From contig CAZFIU010000023.1 of NCBI GenBank assembly GCA_964519455.1, positions 31,446 to 63,445 of the forward strand: DNA of 32,000 nucleotides. Direction: 5' to 3'. Below, one piece after another: positions 22,358-29,829 of the stretch (position 1 is its first letter; every line of letters begins with the position of its first letter). The notes under the pieces were generated by a model. It ran no database searches. It had not been told where the DNA came from and saw only the letters and a program-made list of their open reading frames with translations. The position numbers and the translations under genes were made by a program. This DNA comes from an uncultured Syntrophobacterales bacterium. GTDB taxonomy: Bacteria > Desulfobacterota > Binatia > UBA9968 > JAJDTQ01.

Positions 22358-23110
22358 TCAGCCTTCCGGCGCCAGGCAGGCGTTGAGGATGCCGCCGTGG
22401 AGGTCCACGGCGGTGCGCCCGCAGTAGTCGAGGTCGTAGCCGGCGCGCACCTCGATGCCGTCTTCCAGCAGGCGTTGCAGCACCAGGCGGCGGAAGCTGC
22501 CGTGGCCCATGACGCCGTCCTCGTGCTCCTTGAGGTCGGCTTCCTCGTGGGTGGAGAAGTAGACGGCCTGCTCTGGGGTGAGGCCGTAGTGGGTGGTGAG
22601 GGCCTTGAAGCAGTCCGCCGACCAGTAGCCGGTCTGCTCCTCGGTGGCTCCGGCGGCGTAGAACTCGGCCACGGAGCCTTCCCAGAGGATCGCGCGCTTG
22701 AAGTCGATCTTGGCGCGGAACTCGGCCAACATGGGCTCCAGGTAAACCTCGTCCTCCTCGATCCCCAGGGCCTTGGCCGTCTCCAGCACGACGTGGATGT
22801 GTCCGGGCGGTTCCGGATGCAGCAGCTCATCCGCGAGCTTGCGGGCCATGGGTGCCATGAGGTCGCGGTTGCGACGGAAGAAGGCGATGTGCCTGTGATA
22901 GGACGCCGCCTCCACCGTGTTGATCTCGATGGTGTACGAAGCCCAGTTCTTGAAGAACGTCCGCAGCGCGGTGCGCGGCAGGCTACCTTCCATGAGCTGA
23001 ATCATGAAGGGCGAGCCGGTCACCCGCTCGCGCCACCGTTGCGCCACCTTGCGATAGTGTTCGTCCACACGGCCCTGGGCCTCTTGTGAGCTCATCCCGG
23101 GAATGATCAT
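22358..23110 (-). CDS. Heme-oxygenase-fold protein of the TenA / PqqC / CADD-like (iron-containing redox enzyme) superfamily
   Basis: It is a 250-aa all-helical protein. The blocks TFFKNWASYTIEINTVEAASYHRH and YFSTHEEADLKEHED resemble the paired E/H-containing helices of PqqC/TenA/CADD-type proteins. The call is to superfamily level only. Confidence 0.5.
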   Translation of the reverse strand: MIIPGMSSQEAQGRVDEHYRKVAQRWRERVTGSPFMIQLMEGSLPRTALRTFFKNWASYTIEINTVEAASYHRHIAFFRRNRDLMAPMARKLADELLHPEPPGHIHVVLETAKALGIEEDEVYLEPMLAEFRAKIDFKRAILWEGSVAEFYAAGATEEQTGYWSADCFKALTTHYGLTPEQAVYFSTHEEADLKEHEDGVMGHGSFRRLVLQRLLEDGIEVRAGYDLDYCGRTAVDLHGGILNACLAPEG

Positions 23111-23228
23111 ATCGTTCGAAGTCCCTTCCGGCTTGGGGGTTCAACCGATTGCTATGCGTTGTTGCCCGGACTTGATTTGTACTATACAGCACGGAGACCG
23201 AGAGGCCGTCAACATGGAGGAGAAGCTC

Positions 23229-24263
23229 ATGTACAAGCGTTTCAGGATACCCATGGTGTTCGTGTTGGGTTTGGCTTTTGTTGCGGCTCTGGCCGGCCCG
23301 GCGGCCGCCCAGGAGTCCTTCGCGGGGAAGACGGTCAAGCTGGTGGTGGCCTACTCGCCGGGCGGCTCTTTCGACTTGTACACCCGGCTGATCGCCCGTC
23401 ACATCGGCAAGCACCTGCCGGGCAATCCGGCGACGCTCGTGCAGAACATGACCGGCGCCGCCGGCATGATCGCGGCCAACTACATCTACAACACGGCCAA
23501 GCCCGACGGCCTCACCATCGGTGCCTTCGCCGGCCCGCTGGTGCTCCAGCACGTCATGGGCAACAACGCGGCGAAGTTCGACGGCCGGAAGTTCGGTTGG
23601 CTGGGCGTGCCGGCCCCCAACCACAGCGTCTGCAGCTTCAACCAGAAGAGCGGCATCAAGAGCATGGACGACTGGTTCGGCTCAAAGCGGGAGATGTTCA
23701 TTTCAGCCATCGGGCCGGGCACCAGCACCTCGGACATCCCCAAGCTCATGAAGGCGGCGCTCGGGCTCCCCACCAAAGTCGTCGACGGGTACCGGGGCGG
23801 CGCCAGGGCGCGGGTGGCGGTGGAGGCCGGGGAAGCGGACGGGTACTGCGGCTCGCTGCACACGGTGAAGTCCATCTGGCGGGAAGCCTTCGAGGCCGGC
23901 AGGGTCAATATGGTCGTCCAGAACACCCTCAACGTGCATCCGGACATCAAGGAGGTCCCGCGGGCCATCGACTACGCCAAGACCGCGGATGCACGCAAGC
24001 TCCTGGAGGTGGCGGACTACGCGCACCGCGGCCAGTTCCCCTATTCCACGCCGCCCAACATGCCGGAAGCGCGGCTCAAACTGATGCAGAAGGCGTTTAT
24101 CGACGCCCTCAACGATCCCGCGCTGCGGGCGGAGGCCAAGAAGCTGCGTCTGGCGGTGGACCCCATCGACGGCGCCGCTACCTTGAGTAGCGTCAACAAG
24201 CTCTACGGTCTGGAGTCGGGGCTCGTGGAAAGGTTGAAGGGAATCGTTCTTCCGAAGAAATGA
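23229..24263 (+). CDS. TctC/Bug-family extracytoplasmic solute receptor, paralog 2
   Basis: ATG 23229 lies 6 nt after GGAGGAG. The signal peptide is MYKRFRIPMVFVLGLAFVAALAGPAAA. It is collinear with paralog 1 over its whole length (for example KFDGRKFGWLG.PAP...VCSFN.KSGIKS.DDWF and GYRGGA.AR.AVE.GE.DGYCGS). Confidence 0.65.
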   Translation: MYKRFRIPMVFVLGLAFVAALAGPAAAQESFAGKTVKLVVAYSPGGSFDLYTRLIARHIGKHLPGNPATLVQNMTGAAGMIAANYIYNTAKPDGLTIGAFAGPLVLQHVMGNNAAKFDGRKFGWLGVPAPNHSVCSFNQKSGIKSMDDWFGSKREMFISAIGPGTSTSDIPKLMKAALGLPTKVVDGYRGGARARVAVEAGEADGYCGSLHTVKSIWREAFEAGRVNMVVQNTLNVHPDIKEVPRAIDYAKTADARKLLEVADYAHRGQFPYSTPPNMPEARLKLMQKAFIDALNDPALRAEAKKLRLAVDPIDGAATLSSVNKLYGLESGLVERLKGIVLPKK

Positions 24264-24341
24264 CACGCCGCGTCTCGCCCGGTACGCTGGCCCGAGCACG
24301 TTGCCGCGCCGCCGAGGGGCTGTGGACGGCGTGCCCCGGCG

Positions 24342-24800
24342 CTACCGGGTGGGCAGCACCAGGGTGCACCGGCCGGTGAGGATCTGCCGGCCCTCCTGGT
24401 TGCTGCCCTCCAACTCGCACGCGACCCACGGGTCGGCGGGATCATCGCTCTTCTCGACGGCCCGCGCGGCGAACCGCATGGTGTCGCCCTCGAAGGTCGA
24501 GTCGGTGTGCCGGATGCCGAGCTTCCGCAGCCGGCCGCGGGGTCCCAGCCAATCGGTCAGCATGCGCATCAGCAGGGCCTGCCGGTAGGCGCCGCTGGCG
24601 ATGAAGGTGCGCAGGCCCGCGTGTTCGCGCACCCAGTCGCGGTCGTAGTGGAGCTGCTGCGTGTTCTCCTGCAGGCCGGCCCAGCGCACGGTGTCGATGA
24701 TGGTGAGGGGGCCGTACTCGCGGGCCACCAGTTCCGTGCCGGGCTGGACATCCTCGAAGAATCGTTGCTCGGTAGTCGTTGTGCTGTCGTCGGGCATCAC
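24342..24800 (-). CDS. MaoC-like (R)-hydratase hotdog protein, C-terminal/catalytic type
   Basis: About 152 aa. The blocks FEDVQPGTEL, DTVRWAGLQENTQQLHYDRDWV....GLRTFIASG and GDTMRF fit the MaoC dehydratase fold. The GTG 24800 / ATG 24797 start overlaps the upstream CoA-transferase stop. Confidence 0.8.
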   Translation of the reverse strand: MMPDDSTTTTEQRFFEDVQPGTELVAREYGPLTIIDTVRWAGLQENTQQLHYDRDWVREHAGLRTFIASGAYRQALLMRMLTDWLGPRGRLRKLGIRHTDSTFEGDTMRFAARAVEKSDDPADPWVACELEGSNQEGRQILTGRCTLVLPTR

Positions 24801-25969
24801 GGTTCAGCCGTCCCCCCATCGCCCTCATCGCCTCCGATGGCGCCGGTCTCCGCCAGTCTCCGGCGATCCGCGCGTGAGTAGCCCATCTCTGCCAGTATTT
24901 CGGCGTTGTGTTGGCCCAGGGTGGGCGCCGTCCCCATGTCCTGTTCGCGCACCCGCGCGACGGCGCCACGCGGAAACGGGATGCGCCCGAAACGGGGGTC
25001 CTCCGCCTCGGTGAGGTAGCCGCGTGCCATGAGTTGCGGGTCCCGGGCCAGGTCCAGCGGCGTCGACACGGGCGACGACGGAAACCGGCGGCGCTGTCCC
25101 TCCTCGACGATCTCCGACTTGGTGAACTGTTTCGACCAGGCCAGCACCCGGTCCATGATGAAGTCCTTGTTCTCCCGCTGCGCGTCGTCCGACGCCAGCG
25201 AGGGGTCCGCCATGAGCTCGGGGTCCTGGACCCATTCCACGAATTTCTCCCAGCGGCCGGGCCGGTTGATCTGGCTCACCACCCAGTGGCCGTCCTTGCA
25301 CGGCAGCGCCCCGGAAACGGCAGTGATGGTGCCGCGGTTGCCGCGCCGCTCGGTGCGCGTCCCCGAGAACGTGTACTCCACCATGGCCTGCTCGACGAAG
25401 GTCTCCAGGCAGTCCTGCATGGAGACGCGCACGTGCTGGTCCTGGCCAGTGCGCTGGAGCACGTGGAGCGCTGCGGCCGTGGCCACGGCCGCTTGAATCC
25501 CGGTGGCCAGATAGATGATGTGCCCCCCCATGAGCATGGGCCGGCCGTCCCGGTGCCCGGTGAGCGCAAGCAGTCCGGAGCGGGCGTAGGCGCACAACTC
25601 GTCCTCTAGCTCCTCGACATCGGTCCACACGAGGTTCGCCCTCGGCGGGGGGACCTGGTCCATGGGCAGCCGGCGACTCGTCACCACGGCATCGGCCGTC
25701 TGCACCAGTTCCAGGAACACGCGCCAGCCGGCGGCGGAGTCGAGGTTGAGTGAGAAGCTCCGCTTGCCGGCGTTCAGGAAACGGTGGAAGGCGCCGTGCT
25801 CCAGGCCGGACGCATCCTCCAAGCGCGAGGCATCCCCCAGGAACGGGCCGGTGCGGCGCACCGCGTCGCCGTCGGGGGGATCGATGCGGATGACGTCGTG
25901 GCCGGACTCCGCGAGCAACCGCGCGGCATAGGCGCCGGCCATTGCCCCGAGATCGAGCACTCTCCCCAT
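24797..25969 (-). CDS. Family III CoA-transferase (CaiB/BaiF/Frc family), paralog 1
   Basis: The N-terminal Rossmann block is GRVLDLGAMAGAYAARLLAESGHDVIRIDPP and the overall length and order match the family. By eye the catalytic-Asp position carries Tyr (see findings). Confidence 0.8.
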   Translation of the reverse strand: MGRVLDLGAMAGAYAARLLAESGHDVIRIDPPDGDAVRRTGPFLGDASRLEDASGLEHGAFHRFLNAGKRSFSLNLDSAAGWRVFLELVQTADAVVTSRRLPMDQVPPPRANLVWTDVEELEDELCAYARSGLLALTGHRDGRPMLMGGHIIYLATGIQAAVATAAALHVLQRTGQDQHVRVSMQDCLETFVEQAMVEYTFSGTRTERRGNRGTITAVSGALPCKDGHWVVSQINRPGRWEKFVEWVQDPELMADPSLASDDAQRENKDFIMDRVLAWSKQFTKSEIVEEGQRRRFPSSPVSTPLDLARDPQLMARGYLTEAEDPRFGRIPFPRGAVARVREQDMGTAPTLGQHNAEILAEMGYSRADRRRLAETGAIGGDEGDGGTAEP

Positions 25970-26073
25970 GGCGTGTGAACCGCCTCCTTTCCCGTCGGTC
26001 CCGAGCCCTTCGACAAGCCCGGGACGAGCGTGGCGAAACGAAGTCCAACGAAGTCAAAGGATGACGCGCAAGC

Positions 26074-26595
26074 TTACTCCCTTGCCTTCCTTTCCCTGAA
26101 CAGCGCCACCGTGTGGCGCCGCGTGAACACCAGTTCGCCCTCCGCGTCGCGCACCTCCTCCACCTGCGTGACGTAGATCCCCACGCCCAGCCTGCCCTCG
26201 CGCGCCGTGATGTCGACGATACGGCTCTGGCAGGTCAGCGGTTCGCCCATGTGCACGGGTTTCAGCCACTCGGTCTCGCTGCCCGCGTTGCGCACGTTGG
26301 TGTAGTCCGCGGGCACGGGAAGCTGCCGGCGCACGTCGAAGGACGACGCCTTCCCCTCCGGCTCCTTGATGCTGAAGGGTGTCCAGCCCACCAGGATGGG
26401 CGGCAGAAGACGGCCCTTGTATCCCGCGGAGCGGGCGAAGTCGTCGTCGAGCCACAGCGGGTTCGTGTCGCCGGTGACGTCGACGTAGCGGCGGACGTCC
26501 GACGCGCTCAACGTCTCGAGCGCGCGCACCGGGCCTTTCAAGCCGATGCACCGGCGCAGTTCGTCGGAGATGATGGTTTCGGGGGATTCGTTCAT
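26074..26595 (-). CDS. MaoC-dehydratase N-terminal-type hotdog protein (FAS1-like, non-catalytic partner type)
   Basis: 173 aa. The blocks SDVRRYVDVTGDTNPLWLDDDFARSAGYKGRLLPPILV and GEPLTCQSRIVDITAREGRLG are typical of the N-terminal half of two-domain or heteromeric MaoC hydratases. Confidence 0.75.
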   Translation of the reverse strand: MNESPETIISDELRRCIGLKGPVRALETLSASDVRRYVDVTGDTNPLWLDDDFARSAGYKGRLLPPILVGWTPFSIKEPEGKASSFDVRRQLPVPADYTNVRNAGSETEWLKPVHMGEPLTCQSRIVDITAREGRLGVGIYVTQVEEVRDAEGELVFTRRHTVALFRERKARE

Positions 26596-26622
26596 GGCAC
26601 CGCGCCACGCTCGGGGCGAACG

Positions 26623-27846
26623 TTATACCAACGCTCCCGTGCCCGCCAGCTCCGTCAACTCGCCTTCCGGGACGTCCAGCCATTCCCGCAGCACCTCCCG
26701 CGTGTGCTGTCCCAGACACGGGGCGGGCGTTGCCGCCGGCAGGGTGCTCTCCGAGAACTCGAAGGGCAGCGCCGTCGTCAGCATGGAGCCCACCCTGGGC
26801 TCGGCCATGCGCTTGTAGGCCCTGGACGGCGAACCGTCCTCCGCCAGGTCCTGGACCCGTCGCATGCGCGCCGCGAAGACGCCGGTCCGCCGCAACCGGG
26901 CCTCCACCTCCGTGCTCTCAAGCCCGCGGGTCCAGGCCTCGATGCGTTCGTCGATCTCGTCGTGATGGCGCATCCGTCCCGGCAGGGTGGCGAAGCGAAC
27001 GTCGTCCGCCAGGCCAGGTTCCGAGACTCCCTCCTCCACCGCCTCGGCCAGCGCGCGCCACTGCGCGTCGTCGTGGACGCTGACGGCGCACCACTCGTCC
27101 TTGCCCGCGCAACGATACACCCCTTGCGGGGCGAAGCGGGCCGAGCGGTTGCCCATCCGCTCCGGATTCCGCCCGTTCACCGCGCCGAACAGCAGCAGCG
27201 GCGCGATCATCGAGACGCTGCACTCGAACTGGCCCATGTCCAGGTGGATGCCCGCACCGGTCGCTTCACGCTCGGTCAGCGCGCCGATGACGGCGTAGCA
27301 GGTGTGGAGCCCGCCGATGTAGTCGTTCCAGGAGTTCGAGATGGCCGTGGGCGGGTCGCCCTCGGCGCCCGTGACCTGCATGAGCCCGGCGGCGCCCTGG
27401 AGGTTCATGTTCATGCTGGTCCAGGCACGCCGCGGACCGCTGTGGCCGTAGCCCGACATGCTGGCGAACACCAGCCGTGGGTTGGCCGCCCTGAGGGACT
27501 CGTACCCCAGGCCCAGCCGGTCCATGACCCCCGCGCTGAAGTTCTCCACCACCACGTCCGCGGCCTCGGCCAGGCGCCGCGCGACATCGTGCCCCGCGGG
27601 GTGCTTCAGGTCGATGCTCACCGAGCGCTTGTTGCGGTTGGTGTTCAGATAGGAAGCGTGGCGCCCGTCCGGGTGCCGGTAGGACGATGGCCACGGGAAG
27701 TCCGGGTGCCTGCTGCTCTCCACCCGCACCACGTCCGCGCCGAGATCCGCCAGCAGCCGCGTGCAGAACGGCGCCGCCAGCACGTGGCCGAAGTCGAGGA
27801 CGCGGATGCCCGAAAGGGGAGGCGCATCAGGTTTCACAGTCGTCAT
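26623..27846 (-). CDS. Family III CoA-transferase (CaiB/BaiF/Frc family), paralog 2
   Basis: PLSGIRVLDFGHVLAAPFCTRLLADLGADVVRVE is the canonical N-terminus. The catalytic-Asp block WNDYIGGLHTCYAVIGAL matches the family pattern D-x3-G-x-H-x5-G-x-AL. Confidence 0.9.
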   Translation of the reverse strand: MTTVKPDAPPLSGIRVLDFGHVLAAPFCTRLLADLGADVVRVESSRHPDFPWPSSYRHPDGRHASYLNTNRNKRSVSIDLKHPAGHDVARRLAEAADVVVENFSAGVMDRLGLGYESLRAANPRLVFASMSGYGHSGPRRAWTSMNMNLQGAAGLMQVTGAEGDPPTAISNSWNDYIGGLHTCYAVIGALTEREATGAGIHLDMGQFECSVSMIAPLLLFGAVNGRNPERMGNRSARFAPQGVYRCAGKDEWCAVSVHDDAQWRALAEAVEEGVSEPGLADDVRFATLPGRMRHHDEIDERIEAWTRGLESTEVEARLRRTGVFAARMRRVQDLAEDGSPSRAYKRMAEPRVGSMLTTALPFEFSESTLPAATPAPCLGQHTREVLREWLDVPEGELTELAGTGALV

Positions 27847-27937
27847 TCCCCATTGCGTGGCTCATGCTACGATGCGAGGAAGCACGTTTCAAACCCGCGG
27901 TCGCCTGTGACTCCACTCCCTTGGTCCAGTCCCGTCG

Positions 27938-27968
27938 TTGACAGGCAACCACCCGAAACCTATATAAT
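27938..27968 (+). promoter_or_regulatory. Near-consensus sigma70 promoter for the dioxygenase operon
   Basis: TTGACA (27938..27943), a 17-nt spacer, then TATATAAT (27961..27968). It lies about 60 nt upstream of ATG 28027 in the 180-bp divergent intergenic region. Confidence 0.5.
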
Positions 27969-28026
27969 CGCCACCAATCACCCCGTACATCCACCGACCC
28001 GAGCCGAAAGGTTAAAGGTGAACGGA

Positions 28027-29253
28027 ATGAACCGCATGAACGAATTCGTGGACACCCGGCAGGGGCTGCTGGACCGCCAGGTGTTCGTCTCCCAGGACAT
28101 CTACGAGCAGGAGCTGGAGCGGATCTTCGCGCGCTGCTGGCTGTTCCTGGGCCACGAGAGCCAGATCCCCAACCCCAACGACTTCCTTGCCACCTACATG
28201 GGCGAGGACCCGGTGCTGCTCTGGCGGGGACAAGACGGGACGGTTCGGGCTTTTCTCAACATGTGCCGCCACCGGGGCAACCGGGTGTGCCGGGCGGACC
28301 AGGGCAACGCCAGCTCGCTCATGTGCACCTACCACGGCTGGTGCTACGGCAACGACGGCAAGCTCATCGGCGTCCCGGGCATGAAGGAGATCTACAGCAA
28401 CGAGTTGGACATGAGCCAGTGGGGGCTCGTGGAAGTGGCCCAGCTCGACACCTTCAAGGGGCTCGTCTTCGCCACCTTCGATCCCGACGCGCCGCCGCTG
28501 CTGGAGTACCTCGGCGGCCAGGACCAGGAACTCAGCTTCATGTTCGACCGCCGCGCCGGCGGCACCGAGGTGATCGGCGGTGTGCACAAATGGGTCATGA
28601 ACGCCAACTGGAAGTACGCGGCCGACAACTTCTTCGGCGATGACGGCCACCACACGGTGACCCACGCGTCCGTGCGCCGGGTTCCCGTGGATGTTCGATA
28701 CTACCCGCAAACCAACGACGATAAGCGCCCCGATACCGACCGCGGCCTTTCCCGGGTCGCCGAAGGACTCATACGGGACTATCACGAGGAACATTTCGAC
28801 GAGTTGATCGACCGCGTCGGCCCCGACATGGCCGAACGCCCCGGACTGGTCACCACCGTATTCCCCAACCTGTCGCCCAACTTCAGCCGGCACATGATCC
28901 GGTTGTGGCACCCCAAGGGCCCGGACAAGACCGAGATCTGGTCGTACTGCGTGGTGGACAAGGACGCGCCCGAGGATGTCAAGACCGCCATGCGGCTGCA
29001 CCTGACCCAGACCTTCGGCCCGGCCGGGAACCTGGAGCAGGACGACATGAACAACTGGATCCAGTGCACCGACACCGCCCGCGGCGTCATCGCGAAGCGC
29101 TACCCCCAGAACATCCAGGCCCACCTCGGACACGAGGACCGTTGCCCGCCCATCGGCGGCGGCAGGCGTCTGCGGGCCTTCTACTCCCGCTGGGAAATGA
29201 TGATGAAGGCCGAGAGCTGGGACGACGTCGACCTGGAGACCCGGTACTGGTGA
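28027..29253 (+). CDS. Aromatic ring-hydroxylating dioxygenase, large (alpha) subunit, paralog 1
   Basis: The real gene is the last 408 codons of the 1046-aa track ORF. The start MNRMNEFVD parallels the paralog's MNHMNDLVD. The Rieske motif is CRHRGNRVC...CTYHGWCY and the iron motif is [20 protein letters not shown]. Confidence 0.9.
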   Translation: MNRMNEFVDTRQGLLDRQVFVSQDIYEQELERIFARCWLFLGHESQIPNPNDFLATYMGEDPVLLWRGQDGTVRAFLNMCRHRGNRVCRADQGNASSLMCTYHGWCYGNDGKLIGVPGMKEIYSNELDMSQWGLVEVAQLDTFKGLVFATFDPDAPPLLEYLGGQDQELSFMFDRRAGGTEVIGGVHKWVMNANWKYAADNFFGDDGHHTVTHASVRRVPVDVRYYPQTNDDKRPDTDRGLSRVAEGLIRDYHEEHFDELIDRVGPDMAERPGLVTTVFPNLSPNFSRHMIRLWHPKGPDKTEIWSYCVVDKDAPEDVKTAMRLHLTQTFGPAGNLEQDDMNNWIQCTDTARGVIAKRYPQNIQAHLGHEDRCPPIGGGRRLRAFYSRWEMMMKAESWDDVDLETRYW

Positions 29254-29304
29254 CCGCCTCGCAAGCAACCGGCGGACAGGACACCAAGGCAAGGCGGAGG
29301 CAAC

Positions 29305-29817
29305 GTGACCGATCACGATCTATGGCATGAGATCAACCGCTTCCTCGTCCATGAGGCGCGGCTGCTGGACGACCGCGCCTTCGAGGAGTGGCTGGACCTG
29401 TTCACCGACGACGTCGTCTACTGGATGCCGGAGCGGACCAACCCGTGGGAAAGCACCGATCCCGCGGACAGCGTGTCCAAGCCCGGCGAGCTGGCGCTCT
29501 TCGAGGAGACCAAGGAGACGCTGCGCACCCGGGTGGCCCGCCTCGCCACCGGCATGGCGTGGTCCGAGGTGCCGCCTTCGCGCACGCGCCACTTGGTCAC
29601 CAACGTCCAGGTGGAGCCCGGCGAGAAAGACTCCGAGTTGCGCGTGCGTTCGTATTTCATGGTGTACCGCACCCAGCTCGAGCACAGCCAGGACGTTTTC
29701 GTTGGCGAGCGGGACGACCTGTTGCGGAGGGTCGGCGACCAGTGGAAGATCGCCCGCCGCACCATCCTGCTCGACCAGGTGGTGCTGCAGTCGCCGAACC
29801 TGAGCATCTTCTTCTAG
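29305..29817 (+). CDS. Aromatic ring-hydroxylating dioxygenase, small (beta) subunit (NTF2-like)
   Basis: GTG 29305 lies 4 nt after GGAGG. It is 170 aa. The blocks FLVHEARLLDDRAFEEWLDLFTDDVVYWMP and the C-terminal R.ILLDQ......NLSIFF are typical of beta subunits. Confidence 0.85.
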   Translation: MTDHDLWHEINRFLVHEARLLDDRAFEEWLDLFTDDVVYWMPERTNPWESTDPADSVSKPGELALFEETKETLRTRVARLATGMAWSEVPPSRTRHLVTNVQVEPGEKDSELRVRSYFMVYRTQLEHSQDVFVGERDDLLRRVGDQWKIARRTILLDQVVLQSPNLSIFF

Positions 29818-29829
29818 GGGGGTGACGAG

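Noticed and set aside
26113-28026. The N-terminal 638 codons of the 1046-aa + ORF that ends as dioxygenase alpha1
   Set aside because: This part is antisense to the hotdog and CoA-transferase genes and crosses the promoter-containing intergenic region. The alpha2 paralog shows that the true start is MN(R/H)MN at 28027.
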